Of a stretch of 64,000 nt of DNA, positions 45,255 to 57,015 are shown one piece after another. Position numbers and translations under genes: made by a program. The notes beneath the pieces are model-generated. The model was not told the origin of the DNA and searched no databases. It saw only the letters and a list, made by a program, of their open reading frames with translations. Position 1 is the stretch's first letter. The number at the start of each line of letters is the position of its first letter. This DNA comes from Strigamia acuminata (taxonomy: Eukaryota). Where the stretch lies: NCBI GenBank assembly GCA_949358305.1, contig OX442314.1:20956001-21020000 (forward strand). Reading direction: 5' to 3'.

Positions 45255-48200
45255 GGTTCTTGCTCTGTCGGATCGTCCGTCACGTAGGTTATAGGGCGCG
45301 AGTTTATTATTGCTTCGACCTCCGTCAATACAGTTGTCAGTCCCTCAAAACAAAGCGACGATCTTCCCAGAACTTTCTTCAGACTCAATTTGACCGTCTT
45401 GACGAGGCGCTCCCAAAAGCCTCCCCACCAAGGAGCCAACTCGACAATGAATTTCCATTGTATCTTGTTGTGAGATAAAAATCCCTGGAACTCTTCGCCT
45501 GCAAATCCATTTATGAACAGCGCCAAATCCTTTTCTGCCCGCTTAAACGTTTTTGCGTTGTCCGAATACACGATACTCGGAATTCCTCGCCGTGATATCA
45601 AACGTTTGAATGCCAGAATAAACTTTTCTGTCGTCAGGTCTGAAACTAACTCCAGATGTACGGCTCGTACTACCGCGCAGGTGAATAATGCGATATAACA
45701 TTTCTCGCCACTCCGCATGTAAAGTGGGCCCGCGAAATCCACGCCTATTATCTGGAAGGGGCAGCACGATTGATGCGGTCAGAAGGGAGAAGCCCGATGG
45801 CTTGTGTCATCAGCTTCGAGTTCACGCGACGGCACGTTATGCATTTGGACACGTAACTTTTTATCGTTTTTCTGGCTCTTCGGGTCCAAAATCTTGAGCG
45901 AAATTCTGCCAACGTATCTCCGAGTCCTCCATGTAAAGCACGTCGATGGCAGTCCCTTATTATTGACGTGGTCATCGGCGAGTCCGCATCCAATACGACT
46001 GGATAAATGAAGTTTTTCGATCCGATGTGGTCGCGAATTCGAGAATTTATTCTTAATACTTTCTTCTCGTCGATGATTAGTTCCACTTGCGACAAAGGCG
46101 ATTCCTTGCTTAATTTTTTAGCATTCCGTACACAGTCCAGCTCTTCTGCGAATCTTGAACGTTGAGCGTAACGAAACCAATGTGTTTTCGCCATCTCAAT
46201 TTCTTCAGTGTTCAGAGGTCCGACAATTGATCGATCCTTTTTCGAGTTTCTAACGAAGCGCAACATCCAGGCTGTGATCCTTACGACTCTTGTCCAACTG
46301 CTGTAGTTTTCAAGGGCGAATATCGGCTCCCTTTTTTCCGCCAATCGAGTCACGTTGACGCTCGTGCAATTTTCTTCGTATTCTTCAAGTTGGGTTTCCA
46401 TTTCTGCGCTTATTTCTTGTGGCCAGTGTTCTTCACTCTTTCGTAGCCACTCGGGGCCATTCCACCACTCGCCATCGTCCACCAGCTTCACTGCTTCCAT
46501 TCCTCTAGTCAACTTATCCGCAGGATTTACCCTGCCGGGGCAGTGTCGCCAGCATTCGACGTCCGTGTGTGTACGAATTTCTCGTACACGATTCGCGACG
46601 AAAGGATTGGTTTTCTTCTGTTGCTCGTGGATCCAAAAATACGTAATTGAAGAATCGGTCCAATAATTCATTTTCTTAATTCCCAAAACTTGCAACTTCA
46701 CTGCGACGCGTGACGACAATAGGGCGCTCATGAGCTCCAGCCTCGGCAAAGTGAGCGGCTTTAACGGTGCAACACGAGCTTTAGACATGCACAATGACAC
46801 GTCGACAGTTCCATTTGTTTCAGTGCGCACGTAGACTACCACGCCGTACGCCTTCGGACTCGCGTCGCAAAAGAGATGAAGTTCTTGCGTTGAGTCGTCG
46901 CTCAAGTTTGAGCTGTATGGTCGTTTGACTGAAATTAGTCGCAATGTTGTCACCTGTTCGCACCAAGCACACCAGCGCTTGGCAATGTCGGGGGGCAAGG
47001 GAACGTCCCAATCGATTTTTCTGGACCACAACTCCTGAAACATAAGTTTTCCGACGATCGAGAACGGCGAGGCGAAACCCAACGGGTCATAAATTTTTGC
47101 AACTGACTGCACAATTGCTCTCTTCGATCCTTGTCCATTTTCTGGTTTCTTCTCGGCCCATTCTCCTATTTCGAGTTGAAGTCTATCGGTCTCGTAATTC
47201 CAAATCAAACCTAGCACGGTAGTTTGACCATTTTCGGCGGCGATAATTTCTTCATCTTCGGGGATCTCCTTAGCAAATATTTCTCTCAGTCGTGGAGAAT
47301 TCGAATGCCATTTTCTTAAGGGCAAATGCGCGTCCATCATCAACTTCCGCGCCTCATAAAAAACAGTCAAAACTTGATTTTCCGCTCGCATCGAATCCAG
47401 AAGGTCGTCCACGTAAAATTTCTCTCGAATCTGCTTGACGGTGTCCGGATACAAATTCTCCATTTCGTCCAGATGCATTTGGATCGTGTCGTTTAACGAG
47501 TAGGGACTGGAACTGACCCCAAACGTGACTCGCTTCTGACGCATAATTCTTGGCACGAGGAATTCCAAACCGTCCCAATTTTCCGGTACCCACAAAAAAC
47601 TAACAAAATTCCGGTCGCAAAGTCTTAGCAAAAGCTGCAAAAACGCCTTTTCAATGTCTGAGATGTAAGCCACAAGCTCACGTCGGAATAACACCAAAAG
47701 TTTCAAGATCTCTGGTAATAAATTGGGGCCGCTGTCTAAACAATCGTTCAGCGAGAGTTCGTTCTTTCCTTTTGATGACGCGTCGAAAACAATACGAATT
47801 TTTGTCGTCGCACGATCCTCTCGCACAACCGCACGATGCGGCATAAAGTAAGAATGTTCTGGGTCTTGCACTTTCACTTCCTCGATGATGTCGTTTTTCA
47901 GTTGGTCCTCGAAGATTTTCTTGTATGCTTCATAAAAGCCGGGGTTCTTCTTGAATTTGCGTACCAGATGCCAAAATCTCCGCTTGGCCACTTCGAAATT
48001 GTTGCTGAGTTGGCTAGCATCGACTAACCACGGCAAGGGCACCACGTATCGTCCGTCCTCTCGCGTCACCAGCTCGCGGAATCGCTTTGTGCACGTGTTG
48101 CGATCTGTTGGCGACTCGTCAATGGACTCGTGTCGGATTCCAATCGCTTCGAGTTCCCAGAATTTTTTAAGATGGTCATCTAAGCGGTCGTCGAGCCGCA

Positions 48201-50805
48201 CGTTGAATACGCGAGTGACCATTGTGGACAAAGTCGTCACGTTGGGCGAGGTACCCATCAACGCCCAGCCAAAAATTGTTTCGATTGCCACCAGATCCTC
48301 TTCAAACTTCTCGAGACGTCCAGTCAAAATTTTAGCGATATTATCGGCGCCTATCAAACAAAAAACATCAAAATTAGTGTATTGTTCAAAATTTATTACA
48401 ATATTGTTGCGTGCTAAGGCGGCTCGCAAGCCAGCCTGCAACTCAGTTTTTATCGGCCGCGTTATCCACGGCGTCTCGATTGCTGTGACTGTGAGCGATT
48501 TATTCTTGTCGTCCACGTTGCACAAATTCAACTCGAATCGTCCTCGCTTTGCACTTTGCGACACTTGACTGCCAAAAGTCAGTACGGACAAATTTTCAGT
48601 TCCTTTCGATTGCAACCCCAAGTCTTTAGCAAGACTGGACAACACGAATGTCGTTTGGCTGCCGGGGTCGAGAAGACACTGCACGATCGCTTCTTTTGAT
48701 TGATGCACAACACGCACAAAAATTGTCGCCAACGCTGCAGCAGGAGGAGGGACGAACGCTGATAATTCTGCACACGTAGCCACGTGAGTGGTCAAACTTT
48801 CATTAACGGTTTTCCTCGCTCCATCACACACCAAAGGATTGTGATTTCGTTGGCAAATCTTACACGTGATTCGGTAGGAGCACGTTTTCGACGTGTGCCC
48901 CTTTTTTAAGCACTTAAAACACCGTCCATTTTTAACCACATACTCCTTTCTCTCAGTTGCAGTTGTAGAACAGCCATCTCGATTGTGGCTTTTGCTGCAA
49001 AACATGCAGTTGGAGATTGTTGTGTTCAAAACGCGAGCAGACGGCGTACGATCGCCATTCTTGCGAAATGTTTTTTCCACGTCTGATTTCTCCATTTTTC
49101 CCGGCTTCTCTCCTTCTTTAGCGCGATGCAGGTCCTGAAAACTATCAATTTTACTGTGATGAATAAGTTCAGCTCGAATCATGTCCAATAAGTCTTTTGC
49201 TTTGTATTTCCCATCAGGGTGTTGTCGCGAAAAGTCTAGTGAAATTTGTTTTGGGACCAAACCCAATATCAGCGGACAAGCTGTCGCATCGATAGCTTCA
49301 GTGTTCATTTTTGACGCCAACAATCCGCGCACGTGTGACTCGCAGCGGTCGTAGAGCTTTTGAAGAGGCACGGGGTCTAAAATATCTTTTACAGGTTGCA
49401 TTTTCATTAACGCTCTCATGTGCGCACTGAGAATAACGTCACTTCGCCCGTAACGTTCAATTAAAAGTTCCTTGGCGACGGGGTAATTCTCATCAGTTGG
49501 CGGCAGTCCTTTCAACACGAGCGCCGCTTCACCGTCCAAATACGACTTTAAATACACTAACTTGCTTTTATTTGTGATGTTAGGCTTCGAATCGATGCTG
49601 ATTTCGAATCCCCCCAGAAATCATCCCATTCGAGGGGGTCGCCACTGAATTTTATGGCCTCGTACTTGGGGAGTCGCATCGTCGTCTCGTGCGGGGCATT
49701 AACGGTACCATGGTAATTGTTGGTGATCGGGGCGAGTGGCGGGGCGATTGCCAGCGCATTCATTTTCTTCAGCGCTTCTTCGAGCTCGACCTCGCAGTCG
49801 ATTATCTTCTCATTATAATTAGTTTCGCACTGTGTGATTTCTTGGTCGATCTCGTCGTCGTCAACCAACGCCGCCAATATTTTTCCGTCTAACGCCTTTA
49901 ATTCGGCGGACTTGGCCTTCAGGTTGGCCTTAATTTTTTTTAGTTCGAGTTCATTCTGTGGTATTGCCGCAAGAATTGTTTTCGCCTTGGTTATAGTGGC
50001 GGTCGTCATTCTTCTGGCCACTGTTCGTTGTGACTTGATCACGTTGAGATCTTCGGCCATTTTTTATTTTTCTCAAATTTTACTTGCGGTTTTTATAGAT
50101 TTCAGTTCTTCAGGTTCCTGGATTTTTCTCCCGGGTTTCGGCATCAATTTCGAGACTTCGAAATAATCTAGCTGCGATTGCAGCACGCGCGAGCAACAAT
50201 TTGAGACGTATTTTTAAACTTAACTAATTTTAATCGTTGAAGATTTTAACAAGGAAAATCGCGTGGTGACACACGATGATACAGGTAAAAAAGATGGTGG
50301 TCAATCCCAAAAACGGGGTTAACTTCCGGTTAACAAGGACCGGTCAAAATTACAGATTACACACCAGAGGGCACTCTTGGTGTCCCTCGATCAAAAAACA
50401 CTATTGTCGTTAAAACATTACCAATACAATTCGATATTCGATAAAAACAATTACAAAGAGACTTAAAACACTTTTCGAAATAAAACACTAAAATTAAACA
50501 TAAATTGAAATCATTACTAAACATTAAATCCAAATCTGGATTTTACAACGATGTAAATGGACCTAATTACAAATCAGGTAACTTTGTGAATGTGGAGGAC
50601 AAAAGTAAGGTTGGAGTCAAGAACTAGGTCCAAGACAGCTACAGAGTGGGAGGGGTAGGAAACTCGAGCACGGGGGCTGCTGAAGGAGATGATATTGATC
50701 TTGCCTTGGTTCAGGAAAATGTCTGGCTGGAGTACCAGTCCGAGAAGAGAAATAGGTCAGTGTTGCACCCGGATGAGAGTAAGAAAGTCATTTAATAATT
50801 GTTAC

Positions 50806-50926
50806 TGTGAGAATGATTAGACAACCATTAGATTTGATTGTCGTGACAAGACTGATTTATTCATGATTGTTGCATATAGAACCGATCTTGACCAGAACTG
50901 GCCGCCAGAGGGAGCTATCGCTAACA
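50806..50926. mobile_element. 121-bp solo LTR in the intron of the pentraxin pseudogene
   Basis: TG...CA termini, 5-bp TSD GTTAC (50801-50805, 50927-50931), absent from the intact intron near 23015. Confidence 0.8.
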
Positions 50927-51399
50927 GTTACACTCAATCAAATTGTTCATTTGTAATTTTCAGTTAGCAAATTGGCATCCTGCGAGTCAACCTACGAAGG
51001 CAATGTGATTGGTTGGAGGTCTGCCACTTGGGAGATGTACGATGGTACTAGAGTGGCTCCTGTGAAACTACCTTGCGTAAGACTATGCCACAATTAAACT
51101 TGTTTGAATGAATTAAACTTGTTGTTTGTTGTTACTTTTTATTGCAAATAAAAGTTGTATTTTTTTAATATTCTATTCTTGTTGTTTATTAAAATGTTAA
51201 TAGTTTGAAGTTCAATTCATTTTTTAAAGTCCTGTTTCTTACACTTATATTGAATGGCATTCTGAAAAGTAATTTAATAGTTCCGTAACATATGTTTATT
51301 ACCGTATCTCATTAAATTCAATTGTGTTGAACAATTAATAAAATACATTAGATTTTAAAGAGCGGTTTATAGATGTAGAAAAATCACCATAGATAAGTT

Positions 51400-52138
51400 A
51401 TGTCTCACTTATTCATTCTTCTGCCATTTTTAAATCTATTAATCGTAGAAGGTTTTGTACAATTTGGAGGACATGTTGGCGGAGGACTTGGATTAGGACT
51501 TGGCGGACAACTTGGAGGAGGACTTGGTGTTGGCGGACAACTTGGAGGAGGATATGGCGGACAAGTTGGAGGAGGATATGGCGGACAAGTTGGAGGAGGA
51601 CTTGGAGGACAAATTGGTAAGTGAAATGAAATCAAACAGTATTGTTTCAATTCCTAAATTATCTTTTCATTTTTTAGGTTTAGGATTAGCATTACCTCAC
51701 GTGGTGATTCAGCCGCCACCTGCAATAGAGTTTCGTCCGTCGGCTCTTTTATCATCACAACCATCAATTTTTCAGAATTTTTTCCGACCTTCTGCAAATG
51801 CGGGCTATAGCGGAAGCGCATCGTACCAAAAGCCACTTTCAGTTTCAGAACTGCAACAATATGTCAGTGAATTAAATTCTACACAAGAACTTGTATTGTC
51901 GCAAATAGGTGAATACAACTCAGCATTAACCAAATACGAAAAAAGACTGATAGAGATTGAAAATCAAATACAAAAGATGAATGCTTATCAAAATGAGCAA
52001 TATCAAGCTATTAGGCAGCTTGATGAAATATGCCATAGCAAGTTAAAAGAGGTTCAAGATTTAGTTGAATCTAATAAGAAGGCCCAAGCGGCGGGCGCTG
52101 TAAATGCTCGCCGCATGGAAGAACGTTACAATACGTAA
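51400..52138 (+). CDS. Secreted Gly-rich (GGQLGGG/GGYGG) plus coiled-coil protein, intact, orphan (about 225 aa)
   Basis: Exons 51400-51616 and 51678-52138. Signal peptide MSHLFILLPFLNLLIVEG, Gly repeats, Pro/Ser linker, heptad-rich C-terminus with one Cys. AATAAA downstream. Confidence 0.82.
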
Positions 52139-52997
52139 GAATAACAGCAATATTAGCTGCATGTACTGAAATATTTTCAATATAAAAATAAAAATAAATA
52201 AAAGGAAAACAAATGTTCAGTTCTCATTTATTATTTTTTATGCGTTTGAATTGTCTTTGATGGTATCAAAAGTCAAATCTTCGTACTCAGAAGACAGTGT
52301 CACCATCGGTCGTAGTTAGTGTAAGAGCTCTTTATAGTATCTCTTGTTATGGTACTACATTCGAAAATATTAATTCATAAAGTTCAAATTTACAGTATTC
52401 AGAGGCAGCAGAGATTTATAGTCTGTGGGGTTGTTTTCGTAGCCATTTTTAGCACATTTGAAAAAAAAAATGTTATAAAAAAAATATCTTTTGGAATTTT
52501 TTTTCTGGAATTTGTGGGACTCCACATCTTCTAGGCCCCTTCTCCTGCGAGAAACAATAAATCCACACCTGATGTACGTAATTTAGAGGTTAATGTTGTG
52601 TCCCTGGTTTAATTGAATCAATTTTCTTTCCGCAGATTTCATTTCATTATTAGACATCATGATATTGATTGATGATAAAATGACAGATTATGTCGGCATC
52701 TGAGAGGACGGCGACTAATCAGCAATTTAGTTTAATACAATATTGTTTAATTTCCATTTTTTGCTTGAGAAGCAATTAGGACGAGGCAGACAAAAATTAA
52801 TTAATGTGATTTATGATATCATTCTAATAAATGTATCGAGTTATTTATTAATTATAATAATAAGCTTGCCAGACAGTTTCATCTTCTTTAAAAAATAAAA
52901 TAAAATAAAAACCGTTACGAAATACTTTTGAAATATACAAATTTATTTTCTTTTTATAATTTAACAACAATACATTTAATCTACATGGAGGCTACGC

Positions 52998-53865
52998 CTA
53001 ATTATATTGTTTATGCAACATCGGTTTCCCAAAACAAGGAAGTCTGACAGGTGAAAATCGTGCTCCGTTGTACATTTCCCAAATAGCTTCCGACCAGGCA
53101 ATCACATTTCCCTCATGTGGAAAAGTACAGTTGGCCAACCGGGACACTAAATTATTCCAAAAACAAATTAAACATCCCGAAAAACATTTTTTTTTTCCGA
53201 AAAGAAAATCTCACCATCCTTTGAACTGAGGACATAATCCCACAAATTGAGCTCGGTAACCTGACCTTTTAGCACTTCGCTTTCGTATCCTTCTCCTGCA
53301 TCATCCTGAACCGCTCCTACAGTTACCACGCCGCCGGGTTGAATGGCGAAACCAGAGTTGATGTATCCGGTCCTGTAGATTTGGTCGTTGATGTAAACTT
53401 GCCATTTGCTGGTAATTGCAGACCAAGTAGTACAAACGTGAACCCATGTGTATGGTACGAGAGAAAAAAGGATGTCAAATACTTCCTGGTGTCTATGGAA
53501 ACGTACTGTATTGAAAAAACGTTGAAAATAAGTGAAATAAATAAAATGGCAGCGTATTTTTTACCTCCTCGACCGCCGCTGCACATTGCTGCTGCTGTGT
53601 CATTAAGGATGGCGTCAACTGAGTAGCTAAAGACGACTCCGCATTCTTCCTCAATGTCTCTGTGCAATCTTGCCCAATAGCAGAGGGAGATTTCTGACAA
53701 TGGCCGGGGAATCATGGCTACAAGAGTGGCGTGAGGAGCCGTGGCTTCCAATGGGAAAATTAATTGATAACTTTCCTCTTTGACTGGTTCTCCATGCTCG
53801 TATGAGTTGCCTTGTCCGGTTGCCAAGGCTGCGGTTAGTACTATGAGGAGGCAAGTTGGATGCAT
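52998..53865 (-). CDS. Short secreted pentraxin, divergent paralog (copy 3)
   Basis: Exons 53865-53565, 53505-~53215 and ~53146-52998, with the same intron positions as copy 1. YQLIFPL, SLCYW, VFSYS, WVHVCTTWS, GQVTELNLWDYVL, EGNVIAW. Confidence 0.9.
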
Positions 53866-56800
53866 TTTGGCAAACTGAGTTTGTGGTTTGGTTTGGAAGT
53901 CGCTCGGTTTATATACTCTCAATGTGAGTGAGGTACAGGTTGGTTCTTATGTCGCAATTTAAAACGTCGATTGTTTTTAATACAGAGAATTCCTTTGGTC
54001 TCGTGTGATGAGGTTTATCAAATTTAGTAATGGATAAGTGTAATATATATAGGAATTATAAAGTTTTTTATAGTTTTATAAGGAATAGTGGTATTATTAT
54101 TTTTAGTTGTTTTCTTGTTACGAAAGTAAAGTAAATATTTAAAGATAAAAATTAAGAAAGATATTTTTGATTAACTTTTTAACATTTAGTGGAAAATTTA
54201 TTATTTTTTCTCCATGTTTTGTTCAGTCAATTTTATTCTTGTAAGAGGAATTTTTATTATTTTTATTTTTCTTGTTAAAATGGTGCAATAGTAAGCTTAT
54301 TATGTGCAGTCGCCTAGTTTTTGGCTGGTGGTTCCGCCGGTCCTGAGAAGTTGCAAGAAAAGTATATTTTCATATACTCATGCTGGTAATAAGTTTAAAG
54401 AAAATGTCATAGTAATGCAACTTAAAGGGATCGTGGCCCTTTTAATAAGCATTCTACTGCTTGCTGCAGACATAAAAGGGTCGAAGGGTTCTGCAGAAAA
54501 AACGATGAACTTAGCTGATGAACCGTAAGGTCGAAAAGCTAAAATTTTAAATTTAAAAAAAAGAAATAAACTGCATGTTTAAAATTCAAAAAATAATTTA
54601 TTCTTACAACGAATCAATGCAATAAATTCGCAATTAAAGCGTTATATCTTAGTTAGTCGTATTCGGAGCACTAGATAGCGCCACTTGTATATTGGATCAG
54701 TCAGCTAACACTAACTTGTAAGTCAACTTCGCTGTAATCGATGAAGGTAAGGCTTAAAGATTATATTTTTTTAATGATGAATGAAATATTTTTCAGATGC
54801 GGAATATCCTTTTATTTGAGGATTTAAAACACGAAAGATGTGATTTTTTTATACAATTTAAAGGTTTTATACAATATTTCAAAGATGTAACATCTGAATT
54901 TAATTTTTTTTCACGGAGAGAAGATTTGGCATATAATCCTGTTATTTTATTTACAATTTCCGATGTAGAATATCAGTTTTTCGCGAAAAAAGCATGAAAT
55001 AATTTAACACCTGCTAGCAAAACTACATATTGGATGACCACTAGGTAACGCGGGGTAAAGTTCTAATTTACATTTTCTTCCAATTTAATTGACTAAAATT
55101 TATTGCTATCGCAGAAAGTTAACTATACATTTTCGAAGAAAAACTAATACAATAAAAATTAATTACACAGCAGCGCATAAAAAGCAAAAACAAAACTAAA
55201 ACTTCATATTTTCGCAACAGATGGCGGAACCTCACTTGAGCGAGGGATAAATCCCTAATTTCATAGAAGGAACATGGCGACAACTCACTGGCAGCGTTTC
55301 GGACGATCTCACATTCGTCGGCAGTTCCTCGTGACTCCTCCGCTTGTACACGAAGTCCAGCGTGGCCAAATCGAAAAGTCAACTCCTTAACACAATAGGA
55401 CAAGTCTAAACAGAAAGGTAAATGAGAAATATTTTAATTTCTATTTCTTTATTTTTTCCCCGCTGTTATCAGTGTTGCTTCATACACGAGATACACAAGC
55501 ATGAACGTTTAACCCAAACGATTTGCATGCAGTGTAAAGGTACACGCTTGTGGTTTGTCCTGGGATCAACGAGTTAGGCTTGATTCGGGTTCTGTGGAAA
55601 ACGGGTATTTCCAAACTGGTTTAACGACGAAATTAAAGAGATTAATTGAAAAGGTGTTAAAAAAATTGTTGTAATGGCCAAATTAGATGTTTGTCGAAAA
55701 TGGGTATAATTTTTGGTTGTGTCTAAAAAATAAAAGAAATCAAATAATTGAATAAAACCAACAGAAAAAAAACATGACAATTAATTGTTTTGTTTTGCAC
55801 AGTCGAGAAGTTGTCATTTCACTTTTTCTCAAGTCAAAAACAGCTGTTTGTTTGTGTTTAGGGAATCTTTTGTTTTATTTTTCTTTCCCGATTTTTTAAA
55901 TTACATTTTCAATAATTTTTTTTTTAAAACAAATTTTTTTTTGGTTTGGAAGTTTTTAATTTTTTATTTTATTTTCCATTTGGTAACTAGAACTTTTATG
56001 TTTTTTTCTTCTCTAAATTCAGTTTTCGCACTGAAAAAGATTTATTTTTATTTTTTTTTAAATTTTATAACAATTTTTCCCACTTCAATTTAAAATATTT
56101 TTTTATTTTATTAAATTTTTAAATTTTAAGAATTAGCATGATTATCGGTAAATATGTTTGTCAATGTTTTTACCAATTTGATTGTTTTCTTAGTGTATAA
56201 AATAAGAAAATAATTTTTTACTAAAAGAATCAAAGCTATTGAAAAAAAAATCCAATTACTATATTTAAATTTTTAATACAACCGAAGCATTATTTTAAAA
56301 ATGATGGAAATATTATAGCGGATACTTTTGGTCAGAAACCATTGAAATTCGGTGTGAAAAAACATTTTCAAGCTTGAGCGCGTGCAACTCATGGGATTGC
56401 ATTGCTCAGACCATTAAAGTTATCCGCATGTGTTCAAATAGACTGATTGTCCATCTAACAATTTCAAATAATTATTTTCAGCAGAAAATTAAAATTTTAA
56501 TAGCAGATTTGCCACAAGTATTTAAAATTAAAATTCTGACCTACATTCAACCGTGATTCAAACGACAATTTGAATAAAACATCATTTGTAAACATTAAAT
56601 CCTCGATGTCAGGTCATGTGTGAGTCTTTTTGCTAACAATTGAAATGAGGTTTGATTATTAGTCCTTAAACAATTGTATTAAGTTAAGTCGAGTGAATCT
56701 TTGTTTACGAAATTTTGTGTAAAGAAGTTTCCACTAATCTTGTTAACTGACATTACTTCTTCAGTGATATTGGTTTGAAGTACACTCTTACTTGAAGAGG

Positions 56801-56879
56801 TTTAGTTGCTTTAAATGTTAATTAAGCCACAACTGAGTGTGAAGATCTAATAATTCGGTAGACGCATTCATAAATGCGT

Positions 56880-57015
56880 TTGTATAACTTGTGTTTAAGC
56901 ATGTTTTGTTTAAATGTTCTGCGCATGCCAGCTGTAACTGAAACGGACTAAATCTGCTACCATTTTTGAAGTTAGATCGAGAAAGCAGTTTAAATATGTT
57001 GTTTAAAAATGTTGT
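56880..57015 (+). repeat. Dispersed repeat family member (related copies at ~58560-58740 direct and ~63090-63210 inverted)
   Basis: Shared core GCGCATG...GACTAAAT...CACCATTTTTGAAGTTAGATCGA...CAGTTTAAA in three places. Confidence 0.65.

Larger units (their letters stand above)
38063..50060 (-). pseudogene. BEL gag-pol polyprotein in four pieces (two 1-nt frameshifts plus the Copia insertion)
   Basis: Pieces 50060-~49610, ~49610-45760, ~45760-45260 and 38468-38063. BEL gag motifs, triple Cys/His fingers, LLDPGSQ protease, IRIVFDAS/YVDD RT, FCDAS RNase H, DFAGP/SDN/GGFWERLV integrase, RRPVQRLCSLE terminus. Confidence 0.92.
37639..50547 (-). mobile_element. BEL/Pao LTR retrotransposon, interrupted by a Copia element
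   Basis: 400-bp LTRs 37639-38038 and 50148-50547 (no differences seen). 5-bp TSD ACGAT. PBS TGATGCCGAAACCCGGGA (tRNA-Phe-like, one mismatch) at 50146-50129. Confidence 0.96.
37014..50756 (-). mobile_element. 5'-truncated, degenerate non-LTR retrotransposon (CR1/L2-like ORF2 C-terminus), split by the BEL element
   Basis: Pieces at 50553-50756 and 37014-37633 translate to SDW...LNQGKINIISF...LDLVLDSNLTFVLHIHKV...IYPSISYASPI and TFPYCCTTMWNTL...SAFK, with stops and frameshifts. Short-repeat (AATGAT-like) tail. TSD TCAGTATT/TCAGTGTT. Confidence 0.75.
36677..51100 (+). pseudogene. 5'-truncated duplicate of pentraxin 1, interrupted by the LINE/BEL/Copia nest and a small solo LTR
   Basis: Exon 2 homolog at 36677-37013 plus ~50765-50778, exon 3 homolog from 50964. 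No exon 1 or signal peptide. Confidence 0.88.

Noticed and set aside
51405..51650. Pro/Cys-rich ORF, and acidic 'LEED' ORFs at 51500 and 23476
   Set aside because: Antisense and alternative-frame shadows of the Gly-repeat exon.
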